Source: Camelus dromedarius
Lineage: Eukaryota
Direction of reading: 5' to 3'
DNA: 64,000 nucleotides
NCBI RefSeq assembly: GCF_036321535.1
Contig: NC_087436.1
Span: 73,596,001 to 73,660,000 of the forward strand
The notes below the pieces were generated by a model that did not search any database, was not told the origin of the DNA, and was given only the letters and a program-made list of their open reading frames with translations. This document shows, piece after piece, positions 13,459-26,014 of the stretch. The position numbers and the translations under genes were made by a program. Within the stretch, counting starts at the first letter, position 1, and every line of letters begins with the position of its first letter.

Positions 13459-14686
13459 CTACATCTGTGAAGCATCTTGGAGAGGAACTTCATTTCTAGA
13501 GGAGTCGGTGAGTGAGATGAATCCTGTCATAAAAATAGTCAGGTTCACAGGATACATCATCAGGGGTGACAGACCAGGACCAGGACCAGGACCACCTGAA
13601 CTTTGAACATCGCCCTTGAAAGTTGCTCTCCACACACAGCAGCACAGGCAGATGTGCGTCCGGGCCTTCTTCCAAGAGAAGGCGTTACTGAGCACTTCAG
13701 CTTACATGTCTCCTCGGGGCTCCCTAGTTGGGGAGGAGGTAGGGAAGCTCGTGCTGTGAAGTGCTCCCTTTCTGGGGAGCCCTGGAGTGGTCAAAACTTG
13801 GGGTGTCAGGGAAAACCTGGCTGACACACCACAGTAGGCCCCCAGGTTCCCAGGTGCAGAGGCCTCTCCATTTCTCTTCGATGTCTTGGACTCTGTGGAA
13901 AGTGTGAGGACAGGGCCTCTCAGGGCTGTGCTCCCCATTAAGGGAGGAGCCAGAGTGGATGGACTCTGTCTATGAATGACAGTCACTGGCTGAGGCTGGC
14001 TGTGGGCCACTGTGCCGGCAGTGGGCCTAATTATATCTGGCGCTCCAAAAACACTGGAAGGCCACACAACCAGCAAGGGCACTGCCTTCATGTAATAAGC
14101 ATCCTCTGGTCCCTCTTTCAGTCTTTGCATTGGCTGTAAATAGAAGGACAAAGAGACCAAGTCAGAGAAAGTACTTTCTGGCTGGAATACACCAGCGGCT
14201 CCAGTACTAATTGACAATTTTGGCTTGAAAGAGCTATCTTTTTTTAGGGGGCGGTACACATACGACTTCTGCGGGAGATAAAGGGAGTGCAGGAGGCTGG
14301 GGTGACATGCAACAGGTAGGAGTGGTTGAAATCGGGCTAAACTGGGAAATCGGTTTGGCTTTTGCCTGACTGGCCTATATTTTCAATGCCATCTGTCCTC
14401 TGAGATACAAACTTAGAGCATGGGGAAGCAAGTCCTGGGGATAGGTCCATGTCAATGTCCCCAAGTAGAAAGGTCCTGCAGTATCAGATCTCTGCTGTAT
14501 CCTGGTCATTCCACCCACCACCAGAGTCACTTCCATGCTGGAGCTTTGACTAAACAGTGAAGATGGGCTAGATATTTTCTGCCCTTGCATATTTTCCCCC
14601 CTTATTATCAGTGTGTCGCAATGGTAGGACATTTTCAACAAAGAAAATCTTTCTGGCCCAACTGTGCTGTATTCTACATACCCCAT
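13459..14686 (-). pseudogene. Decayed coding-like terminal exon (Ser/Pro/Thr-rich, unidentified)
   Basis: Three track ORFs join through one frameshift (~14383) and one in-frame TAA (13704-13702). GC-richer than the flanks; AATAAA at 13400-13395. Confidence 0.5.
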
Positions 14687-15227
14687 GACTGATCAATATC
14701 CTTTCATTTGGCCTAGTATTTTTGTATCCTTCTTGTCTCTGTTGACCTATTTTTCACCACCAGTTTCCTATTAGAATAGTTCAGTGCCACAAGCAAATAT
14801 AAATAGGTCAAAGTTTTCCTTGAGCCCAAGTTCTGTTAGCCTTGCTAAGGGAGCCATGGAGCTTTTAAGGAAAGAGAGCCTACAAATATCCTAGTTATTA
14901 TGCCCTAAGTGACTAATTTTTTGATTGTGGTAGGTGGCATTTTAGTCTTAGGATTTCCTTCAGGATGATATTGGAATTCAAATGGTTAGTTTCAATTTTA
15001 TATCTTCTAAACTTAGCCTAATACTGAATTTTTCTGGTTTGACAGAAGAATATTATATGCAAAAAAAAAAAACCTGTTCTCACTGAGTACAAAATATTTA
15101 TAATTGGATTCAGTACACAAGAGGTTTGAAAAATTCAGACCCACTTACATTTTACCAGTTCCTCAAATATGACCAGAGTGCTAAGTTTCTATAATTCAAG
15201 TTTGGATTTCTCTTGTAAATTATCTGA

Positions 15228-15440
15228 AGCAAGGGTTCTAACCTGGGAGCAGTGTGCCCTCCAGGGCATGTTTGCCAGTGTCTGGAGACATAATTGGTTG
15301 TCACATATGGAGGATAGGGGTGCTGCTGGCATCTAGAGGGGACAGGACAGGGATGCTGCTAAACCTACACTGAACAGGGCAACCCAGCAACAAAGAATTG
15401 TCTGGCCCCAAGAGTTAACAGTGCCGCTATTAAGAGACTC
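15228..15440. mobile_element. MER20-like hAT element
   Basis: tgtctggagaca...ggatgctgctaaac; a second copy lies at ~61455-61672. Confidence 0.75.
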
Positions 15441-16374
15441 TGATCCAAAGCAACTTAATTTTTTTAGGAAAGGTAAATGATATTGACTTACCAGCATCTG
15501 AACTACATAGTAGCTTTTCCTGTACCCAGGACTGCTGTTACTGCTCTCGTCTGACAAACCAAGCACCCCTTTCTACAAACAGAAAAAGAAAGTGGTATTA
15601 GAACCCCTTTTTTCTTTTGGTCTGTTGCTTCCTTTTCCAAATGGACACATGCTACTCAAAACTTGGAGAAGAGCTGCTCAAAGTAAATATACTAAGTTTG
15701 TGGCTCTGGCAAGATACATAATGTCTTAGATAAAATGGGAAACCTGCAAACAGACACAGGGCAAGTCAAGGGCCAGAAGCCATCTCTGTTACCATCCCTC
15801 CTTCTTACTGGAGCCCTGGCCCCACATCCTCTCTTGCCTTGTGTCTGTGGGTCTCTGCTCTGCAGCCAGGGCCAACCTTGGCCTTCTCATTCCAGCTTCC
15901 TCCTCTGCTGAGACCTCAGAGATAGTCCAAGTTGGTCTTTAAGCCCATGTGCCCCAGACACCACACACACACACCCTCAACCAGACCCCGGGGAGCAAGC
16001 CAAGTGGCAACTTTTGATTTTTATCTCCTCTCCGCCAACACACACACCTTTTCACCTACATGTGTATACTGGCTAAAATTTCCTTTTTCTTTTTTTAACT
16101 TCAGGGGATTTCCACTTAAACCTTCACATTTGGGCCCTTTGTGACATCTTGTAATGTTCCAAAATGTTTTCAGACCCTTGGATGAATTTAAGTAAATAAT
16201 GATGCCAAAAGTATCTCATGAAAAAAATTTTTTTAATAGAAAACATTGCTCTGAATGTAACATTATCACAATCAGTGGTTAAAAAAATATACTCTCATTC
16301 CTGATACCAACCCTATGGAGTTGGCTTACAGGAAGCACAGATGTCCTTTTTTTCCTGAAACCACAACTGGGCTG

Positions 16375-16835
16375 CTATGAACCAAGTAATTGTGTCCCCC
16401 TAAAATTCATATATTGAAACCCTAGCCCCCAGTGTGAGAGTACTGGAGGTGAGGACTTTGCAAAGTAATTAGATTATGAGGGTGGCACCCTCATGAATGA
16501 GATTGGTGATTTTTTTTTTTAATGGAGGTACTGGGGATTGAATCCAGAACCTCGTACATGCTAAGCATATGCTCTACCACTGAGCTATACCCTCCCCCCA
16601 ACCCCCTGGTGCTTTTATGAGAAGAGAAACTGAAGAGCTTGCTTCCTCTTTCTCTCCGCCATATGAGGATACAACAAGATGGTCATCTGCAAATCAGGAA
16701 GAGAGCCCTCACCAGGAATGGACTGGCCAGCACCTAGATCTTGGACTGCCCAGCCTCCAGCACTGTGAGAATCAATTGTTACTGTTTAAGCCACCCAGTC
16801 TATGGTGTTTTGTTATGGCAACCTGAGTAGATTAA
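16375..16835 (+). mobile_element. MLT1A-like LTR
   Basis: aaattcatatattgaaacc...tttaagccacccagtctatggtgttttgttatggca. Confidence 0.8.
16510..16600 (-). mobile_element. Vic-type SINE nested in a MaLR LTR
   Basis: Reverse complement of the same SINE consensus with a T tail. Confidence 0.85.
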
Positions 16836-17419
16836 GATGTGGGCTCAGGAGGAAAGAGCACCAAGATCAATTAGCAATATCCATCCTGATTAAGCAAATG
16901 GGCAGTGATGGCACGTGTGCTCAGACTTGCCAGTAATTCTAGATTCAGAGTAGACATGTATCTCTCTATATACCTGTTTGGAAAGAGCAAGAATTTATTC
17001 TTTTTTGGGGGGATTATTCTTGTATCCCCATACCATTGATCAGTAAGTATAGGTTGAATAGATCACTTGTACAAATTCTAAAATTCATACATGACCCTGT
17101 ATTTTACCCCATTACCCACAGAATGGGTGAGAATCAGAGAACAATATTCCCAGGTCCTGTCCCCTAAGCTGGGTGATCAGCCAGACTGACTCACTAGGTT
17201 AGTAATTTGTTCTCATTAAGCAGTCTATAGCAGCACACGATTAAAGTTTCTACCTTAACAAAATGACAAATTATAGGTTATAAACATCTAGGTTGCTTGT
17301 GAATAACAGGTGAATAATGGGAAAACTTTCACTCTGAGGCACCCCATCAGCAAAAGAGTGAATGCCATTCTTCTAGAGGCCTAGCAAGAAAGCCATTACC
17401 TAGCTGAAAACTATGCTGG

Positions 17420-17685
17420 GGGGAAAGGGAGGGATAAATTGGGAACTTGGGAGCTGCAGATACTAACTACTATATATAAGATGGATAACCTTGTAACTAC
17501 TATATACAAAATGCATAAACAACAAGGTCCTAGTGTATAGCACAGGGAACCACATTCAGTACCTTGTAATGACCTAAAATGGAAAAGAATATGAAAAGGA
17601 ATATATGTATTTACAAATGAATCGCTATGCTATACATCAGAAACTAACACAACATTTTAAATCAACTATACTTCAATTAAAAATA
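17420..17685 (+). mobile_element. L1 3' UTR fragment
   Basis: gtatagcacagggaac...aatcaactatacttcaattaaaa. Confidence 0.85.
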
Positions 17686-17944
17686 ATATGCTGGAGTCTC
17701 ACATTGCATCTTAAAATTTCACGTGACTTTTGTTTTACATGCCATGATATGTTTATTGTAATATTAACATGTTTTCAAATTATTATTTAAATTGTTCTCA
17801 AAAAAAAAAAGTCTTCTAGAAGACTGACCGTGTTAGATGTATCATGATCAGCTCGTGACCTGGCCACCTCTGATCCACCACCAGGTCCTCTGAAAGGAGC
17901 ACATTATGATAGATGAGAGGGGTGGGTATGATAAAAATGTAGGT

Positions 17945-18350
17945 ACAGCAGACTGAACCATGTCCCCTAAAAAGACACAAACCAGTTCTAACCCTCGGTA
18001 CTGTGAATGCAACCTTATTTGGAAATAGGGCCTTGGCAGATATAATTGAGGATCTCAAGATGAGTTCATCCAGGATTTAATCCAACGAGAGTTTTAAGAC
18101 ACAGAGAAACAGGGGAGAAGACCGTGTGAAGATGAAGGTGGCGACTGGAATTATGCTGCCACAGCCAAGGAACTTCAAGAGCCAACAGAATCTGGAAGAT
18201 GTAACCCAAGGGTTCTCCCCAAAAGCCTTTGGAGAGAGCATGGCCCTGCTGACACCTTGACTTGTGACTCCTGGACACCGAGAGTGTAAATTTCTATTCT
18301 TCTAAGTCACTGAGTTTGAGCTAATTTGTTGCAACAGTCCTAGGAGACAA
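17945..18350 (+). mobile_element. MLT1-like LTR
   Basis: ccttatttggaaataggg...gcatggccctgctgacaccttg. Confidence 0.8.
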
Positions 18351-20284
18351 ATGTACTTTAAAAATGACTGTTCCAAAGATAGCACTGCCAGTATTTGAAC
18401 CCTGCCCTGGCCTCGTTGTCACAAGTTCATTTTAACCCCTACTCTCAGACAAAGTGGCAAAGCCCCAGTAAGTCTGAAATTCCACCGCTGAACAGCTTTG
18501 CCAGTTACCCTCACAGATGATTTGCAAAGTAGATCTTTATCTTAAAAACACTATAGGTGTGTTTGACCAGAGGCAGGCCACACCAAGTATAAAAATTTGG
18601 ATGAATACCAAGAAAAATATTCTTGGCTATAAAAACTGGATAATTTGTATCTCAAAAGGCTTTGGTCTGACCTCATAAGTGGCCTCGGCTGAACATTCAT
18701 CCTCAATGCTCACCTACTCTCTCTTACCATTTTGTAAAAGTATCCAGTGGTTTGTTTAATAGTTGTGAAGAGTGCCAGAAGATGGATTTTTAATATTTTT
18801 AAAAGTATTTTACAATAACAAAGGCCTAACTCATCTGGTATTGGCAAATGTGACTTGGAAAAATCAATTCAGTGTATTTGTGGACCATACTGCTAGACAA
18901 TTTGGTCACATCCATATGTGTAATTAGAAAAGTGGGAGGTGGGGCGTTCTCAGCGGTATATATTTAAAACTCTGAAAATGTTCCACAAAATGCTAGAAGA
19001 GGAAAAAGGCCTTTCTACATCCCTCTCTCCTTCTTCCCTCCCTCTTCCTCTCATTTCCTGAATGAGGAAGATCTTATCCAGAAATTCCATCTGTCAGGCT
19101 CCTCTAAGATACAACTGATGAGAAAACAAAACCAAAATAAGCAGCGCTTAAGATCCTGAAAGTGATATTAATGTTCTGACTTTGTAAACATGGAAAACAT
19201 TATTATGATTTACTGAATGGATTCACAGGGTGGGTTTCTTGGCAACATCAGTTCAGTAATCTTTCATATTTGATCAACTGTTGTATGAAAGAGTAGGTAA
19301 AGCTTTCTCTAAATGGGGGAATACCCTTTGCCTGAAAGTACTCCTCTTTCTGAAACTCCACCAATACTAATTAAATCCTTTCTATTTAACTTTACTCTCT
19401 TTCAGGCATCCTCTAAAATTTCTATAAGAGTAGAGGTGTTTATAAAGCTGCTGTCCTCGAAGAAGAGAGGATACGGAATTAAAACTGGCCCTAAAAACCT
19501 GACATCTTTCAAATTATAGGGCAGCTCCTACTTCAGAAGACTTATCTCACAGCTGGAAAAATTTTTATACCCTGGTTATTCCTGTACTTTTGTGTTACAC
19601 TGTTCTTCAAGCAAAACTCTGAGTGGTTGCAGTCCTTGATGAGCGGTTTCTTTAGCGCAATGGTGTAAGTTTACTATACGAAGAAAAATAGAAATTTAAG
19701 AAATGTATTCTTGTAATATACCAAATAACCTCCTAAAGTGTTAGTTTTCCGAACAGCACACAGTAACTATAGTTTCAGATTAAAATTACATTATTTAAAC
19801 CAAACACCATTACAAGACTATCAGAGCAGGGAGCAGATTCAATTTGTTAGTTAAATTATAAAGCTAGAAGCAGATAAGAATGTGTTCCTGATTCCAGGAA
19901 AAGACATTCTACTCAAATTTCATCAAGGAAATTGGTGTGATCACCTGTATTGTTTCACCAGGCTGTTTTTAAATGACAAGGATCTATTTAAATAACTTAA
20001 GTGGTGGTTTTGGCTTCCAATAATTAAATACAATTAATGTTACAAAATAGACCGTTTAACTATTAAAGTGTTAAAAAGTGGTTATGAAGTAAAATCATCC
20101 CACAATGTTTCTGGCATGCCTGCAGACCAGGGTACTGTGGAAGGACTTCTGACTGGGAGAGATTTTAAGGATAAAGTCACAATTTAATTTAGATCTCAAT
20201 TTTTTTTTTTTTTCTAAAAAACCACACTGATCTGGGAGGTAACAAAAATGCATAGAAAAAAGTCTGGATAAAAGTGCCCCACCA

Positions 20285-20999
20285 GAATGAAGTTTGGTGC
20301 AGTCATTGTGGAAAACAGTATGGAGATTCCTCAAAAGACTAAAAATAGACTTACCAAATGACCCAGCAATCCCACTCCTGGGCGTATATCTGGAGGCAAC
20401 CTTAACTCAAAAAGACACCTACACCCCAATGTTCATTACAGCACTATTTACAATAGCCAAGACATGGAAACAACCTAAATGTCCATCGACAGATGACTGG
20501 ATTAAGAAGTTGTGGTATATTTATACAATGGAATACTACTCAGCCATAAAAAGGAATAAATCAATGCCATTTGCAGCAACATGGATGTCCCTAGAGAATG
20601 TCATTCTAAGTGAAGTAAGCCAGAAAGAGAAAGAAAAATACCATATGATATCACTCATATGTGGAATTTAAAAAAAAAAAAAAGACAAATGAACTTATAT
20701 ATAAAACAGAAACAGACTCATAGACATAGAATACAGACTTGTGGTTGCCAGAGGGGAAGAGGCTAGGAAGGGATAAACTGGGAGTTCGAGATTTGCAGAT
20801 ACTGACTGATATATATAAAATAAATAAACATGTTTATACTGTATAGCACAGGGAAATATATTCAGTATCTTGTAGTAGCTTACAGTGAAAAAGAATATGA
20901 AAATGAATATACGTATATTCATGTATGACTGAAGAATTGTGCTGTACACCAGAAACTGACACAACATTGTAAACTGACTATACCACAATTAAAAAAAAA
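20285..20999 (+). mobile_element. 5'-truncated young L1 (ORF2 C-terminus plus 3' UTR) with TSD
   Basis: ORF 20294-20671 is the L1 ORF2 tail (WKQPKCPSTDDWIKKLWYIYTMEYYSAIK); polyA; TSD aaaagt(g/a)ccccacca at 20270-20284 and 20996-21010. Confidence 0.95.
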
Positions 21000-23592
21000 G
21001 TACCCCACCATATGGTGATATTATGGATAGATTTTTTCTTTTTTTTTTAATTGACATATAGTTGATTTACAGTGTTGTGTGTTTTATGTTCTTTTATTAT
21101 TTCTGATTTGCCTACCATGAGCATGTCAAAATTTTATAATCAGGAAAAAATTAGTTTTTAAAGGATTTTAACTTAAAACACTTTTCTCATTCCTCTCGTT
21201 CAGTGGATCAGGAAGCACACACACATATTTTTAATTGTTTAGTAAAGCATCTCTACAGTCTGAAATAAAACTAAAAATTAGTCTCTCCATAAATCAGTTT
21301 TAAGGAAAAAAATGAAAATAATGAAAGGCAGTGGAAGGGACAGGATTTATGGTGGAAGTAAGCCTTCTTTCATCCCTTCCCCCAGGCCTCTAGTTTTCCA
21401 GTAAATTCATTTTTTCCCTGCTTTACACACATATACATGTGTGTATGTGTGTGTATGTGGGTGTGTGTGTACACACACAAATTTCAAACCATTCAGAGCT
21501 TCTTTATTCCCATATTCCAGAGATAATCCTTATTAACGTTTAGCTATATGCCATTCCAATCTGTTTCTATATCTCCAGTACAAAACATAGACAATATGTG
21601 TCTTTTAAAAATACACATGAGATCACACTTTAGACATTGTTCTGCCACCTACCTTTTCTCATGTGCCAGTGCACTAAACACAGTCCCCCTCCTCAGTACC
21701 TGTTACATGATATTCCACTGTATGCTTGCATCCCCGTGTTTGAGATGTCCCTGTTAGTGGATATTTAGATTGGTTTTTGCCATTACAAATAAATTCTGTG
21801 ATGAGCATCATAAACATTATTTGAAAGGTAGAAGAACAAACATCAGGATACAATGTTTTGTCTTTTTCCAGTAGAAAGAGTAGTGATGTATTCTTGCTAA
21901 CTGCCAAGGAAGGCTAATGTTCCAGTTTTACCTTGACAGAAATGTCCATATAGAAATTAAGACATTAAAAAATAACTTTATAGTGAATTTTAAACATCAA
22001 AAATAACTTCAAATAGGATGTGTAAATGGCATAAAATTATACTGCATATATTATTTAGCCCAAAGAAAGAAACATGCTCTCATCCTGCCGCAGTCAGTAA
22101 TGCCTGAAAAGCATAGGGCATCTTATCCTTATGAGGGTTGAGATATTCCATTCTTCAATTCATACTTTCAAAGTAAGATATAAAAGTGTGTCTCTGCACT
22201 CTTAGGAAATAAGGTTAACATAAACTAATTATCTGGATTACAGACTGTAAAAGTGTCAATATTTATTTACTTTAAAATTTGTTCTTGGAACATCTTTAAG
22301 TTGCACACTCCCAGGTTATCTTAACTGGAGCATACTAAGCACAATTTGCATTTTATTGATAACCTCAGGCCTCTATGAATGCCATCCGTCTACTGCAATA
22401 TTGTGATAGCCCCAGGAGGGTGTTTGGGGTTAGGTCCACTCACCCCTGCACTAAATGATCCTAAGCTGAATTTCAAAGTCCAATAACTTCTTGGTTTGTG
22501 ATGGAGGGAGAAAAAGGGATGTGATTGCGTTGTGTGTTTATCTGGTCTCCTGACAATTAGAACCTCTGGCTGTGGATTGACACAGAAATTGATGGGACAT
22601 AGTTGATGAACCTGTTAAGGCCCAGTAACCAAACTGAACTTGTCCATTAAGAGACTGTTTGACGAAGAGGAACAAAGAAAATGGATGAAATATTAGATTC
22701 AAAATGCAGTTGGTAGACAGGAGTCTTAAAATATCCAACCTCTGAGAGAGGGAGAGTTGGCTGTAGCCAAAAAGCAAAAAAAAAAAAAAAAAAAAAAAAC
22801 GAGTCCTTGATAGCAGAAAGACTGAAAATGTTATTTCCAAGTTCCATTCCAACTCTAATATTCTATGAGGCCATGATTGCATTTCCACTAAGAGGTCCCA
22901 GTTGCAACCACAGGCAGTCAAGACCCCAAAAGCTGTTTTCCTAAGATGGTAGTGGTGGTTAGAAGCAACTTAAAAGCAAAAAAGAAAGTGTCTGTGTATG
23001 TGGGGGAGAAGAAAATGAAGCATGACTACAAACAAGGAGAAAGCACACAATTACTGTAGCTCTTTTTCCTAGAGGAAATCACATCACTTGATAATATCAA
23101 TGCTTCATATTCAGCGCCATAGGTTAAAACAGATTAGGATGCCATTCTAAATAGTTATAATTTTTTTGAAGGAAGGAAAATCGTAGAAGGACATGTATAA
23201 ATACATATCAATAATTTACCTTTTACTTCATAAATATGAAGTGCCCAGTATACATGAATGGCAAAAGGATACAGATATTGAAGATGATTTGTGTGAAGAA
23301 CAGGAAATTGGAAAGATATTTCAATTGAGAGTTACATTGAAGTCTGATATTTTCTGGATTCCTGGGATTCTGGAAGGGGAAAAGCTAACTGTTAATACAT
23401 GGGTGTTGCCCTGACGTCCTCACATCATAAGAAAGTCATCCTCAGTGGCTGCTCCACCCTCACTGCTGCCTCTCTTTTTTCTCCATCCCTGCTCCTTCCT
23501 CCCTTCCTCTTCCTCTCATTTCCTGAATGAGGAAGATCTTACCCAGAAATTCCATCAGTCAGGCTCCTCTAAGATACCCAACTTGTGACATT

Positions 23593-23672
23593 TCAATGAC
23601 AGCGAGGAAGCCGACTTGCGAGGCCACTCAGAATGCTGGTTGGAGGCCAGGAAGAGAGTGCCTGATCATCCA
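23593..23672 (-). CDS. Microprotein last coding exon (DDQALSSWPPTSILSGLASRLPRCH*)
   Basis: Strong acceptor gctcac...ccactctcttgtctcag|, phase 1, TGA at 23595-23593. Confidence 0.6.
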
Positions 23673-24693
23673 CTGAGACAAGAGAGTGGCGTTGACGTGA
23701 GCAAAATTTCTCTATGTTTCATAAGGAAGTGGTTAATAGTTGGCCTTTCTGCAGGGCAATCCTGAAGCCTAGAAGTCCATGAATTTCGAGAGGGTCTGCT
23801 GGAAATCTTATGCAAAATGTACATGTTATGGGGAATGCAAGATCCTGGGTTTTCATAGATTCTCAAAGGGGTACAATTACTCCAAAAGAGGTGAAGACTC
23901 GGACAAGTGGCTTCGAGCACATCTGATAACTCTGGTGCCTCACCGGGTACTTAGGCTCCATGTGGTGTCCCCAGAGCACTTCCTGTTGAATCTCCCGTGT
24001 AGGACCAGAAGGAAGCACTGAGCCTAGTCTTGACACTAGGGAGGGTTTAGTGAATGAGTTCATGAAACAGGAAATGCTGAACTGTCTAACTTCAACTTTG
24101 CCACCACTTAAACCTTATTTCTTCATCTGCTAGAAAGAGGAGAGGGACTTGTGTTTTATTTTACTATGTGCCTTTCAAGGGTATTTAAAAAAAGAAAATG
24201 TAGCCATGATTCTTATACAAACATAAAAGGAACAAGTGTCAAGGATTATATTTAGCTCATTAATGAAGGAACTGGCAAGCTGTTACAACAGTTGAAAAAG
24301 AGAACTCAAAGCACCACACCTTCATGCTCAGAGTAGGGATCCTGAAATGAATTTACAAGTAGTACAAAACTGGCACACCTTGTCGATATCCACAGGCATC
24401 CTACCAGATACAGTTTGCATTTCTATGCACAGGGGTTAATTACATTACTATCAGTTTTGTACAAGCTTACATTTATCTCTCCAGAATTCTAGCATTGTTA
24501 AAGACAAAGATGGAGGTAACTGGGAAAACCGCACTGGTCAGAACGTCACTCTAGTTCAGTCTTTCACAATTTTTCCTTACGGTGCCTTTATTCTTAAGAT
24601 ATTTTCTTTGAGACAGGTCTTATATTAGTGGCCACCAATTCAGTATGATTTGGGGGCACTGAGAAAACCCTTTATTACCTGATTTTTACCTAC

Positions 24694-24747
24694 CTGCCTG
24701 CAAGGCACCTGAAATTCCACAGTGGGACCTTTCGTCTTTGATCAGGC
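24694..24747 (-). CDS. Microprotein coding exon 3 (LIKDERSHCGISGALQA)
   Basis: Good donor CAG|GTAGGT; 54-nt phase 1-1 exon. The acceptor ataaatccag| is weak but is the first AG after a long AG-free stretch. Confidence 0.5.
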
Positions 24748-25238
24748 CTGGATTTATGCCATTCAATTTAAACGAACCCCCAGAGGGAGCCATGTTTATA
24801 AGGGCACAAAGTAGTCCATGTATGTTATCATGTCTGATTCTCACAGCAACCCATTTTATAAATGATGAAATTGGGAGGCTTGCTGGAGGTAATAAGGACC
24901 TGGTGAGTGATGCAGTGGGTACTTGCACCCAGTTCTGGTTTCAGAAGATGCCCACGTCCTGCCATGCTAATATGTCTTAAAAGACCTGTGCTTCTGGGAT
25001 GGGTCCTACTGAAGGCAGACAGAGGAACAGGAAGAGGATTCACCCTTGCTCACAAAGTCCCTGGACACCATCATCTATGATGGGAAGTTCATTCAACATT
25101 CGTGACTCATACATTTACTGAGCACCCACTATGTGCCAGGCACAGGGGTCATAGTATCGAACAAGACAGTGTCGCCGTTCTTGAGAACTTAAGTTCCAGT
25201 GGGGAAGACACACATCAGACAACTAAATACAGCGTGGA

Positions 25239-25278
25239 GTCTACAGCCATACCACCCTGAACGCGCCCGATCTCGTCT
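25239..25278 (+). pseudogene. 3'-truncated (tailless) 5S rRNA retropseudogene
   Basis: GTCTACAGCCATACCACCCTGAACGCGCCCGATCTCGTCT equals 5S nt 1-40 with one G>A; flanked by ctaa(a/g)tacagcgtgga direct repeats. Confidence 0.92.
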
Positions 25279-25741
25279 AAGTACAGCGTGGATTATTCGG
25301 TTAGGATGGTTAGAAGCGCTACAAAGAAGAGCAGGGAATGCAGGAGTGCGTCTGGGAGGATCCGACTTTCCTGGGGGTGGGGAGGGAGGGTCAGGGAAGT
25401 GCTCTTAGGGATGACTAGCAGTTAAGAGGTGTTGGGGGAAGAGGAGCGCTGCTCCGGGGTGGGGTGGAAGGAAAAAATATTTCAGGCAAAGTAAGCAGCA
25501 CATTGGAGACTCTGAATCAGATCTCTGTCATTCTTTTCCAACTTCCTCTGTACCTATGGGCTCTTCTCGCTCCATCTTAAAACAAAAAGCTAAATGTAAC
25601 TATTTTCCTAGGTAGGATGTGTTGTGGAGCTATTTCTGAGCAGAAGGACCTTCTCCTTAACCAATTTAGTCTCTCTCTCTTCCTGCCTTAGAGTCAGTAA
25701 CTTAAACATCACTTCTGAAAATTTATTGATTCTGAAGTTAC

Positions 25742-25784
25742 CCTTAAGTACCTTCATTTTAACATAAGTGAAATGATATCCTTT
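25742..25784 (-). CDS. Microprotein coding exon 2 (KGYHFTYVKMKVLK-G)
   Basis: Strong pyrimidine tract ccttttatatctatttccctctttcaag|, 43-nt exon, phase 0 to 1, donor AGG|GTAACT. Confidence 0.6.
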
Positions 25785-25957
25785 CTTGAAAGAGGGAAAT
25801 AGATATAAAAGGATGTAACAATGGGGAAAAAAGAATCACATTGTCAATCTTATGTCCAGAGTATGGGAAATCAGATGTCATGTGACTTTGTGTTTCAACA
25901 GGAAAATCTAGAAGCCCTGGAAGGGGAAGAAGTAGGAACACATCAGGGGCTACTCAC

Positions 25958-26014
25958 CATCTGAGAGGTGAGAACTCCAAGGAGAAAGACCAGAAGACTC
26001 ACATGCTGGGACAT
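25958..26014 (-). CDS. Signal-peptide exon of secreted microprotein (MSQHVSLLVFLLGVLTSQM)
   Basis: Acceptor tttcacttgtgcttccag| (exon starts 26023), 9-nt leader, ATG with A at -3, hydrophobic core LLVFLLGVL, phase-0 donor ATG|GTGAGT. Confidence 0.75.

Noticed and set aside
20294..20671. 125-aa ORF as a host gene
   Set aside because: It is the C-terminus of L1 ORF2 in a truncated insertion; the same holds for ORFs at 43-45, 52-53.6 and 61.8-64 kb.
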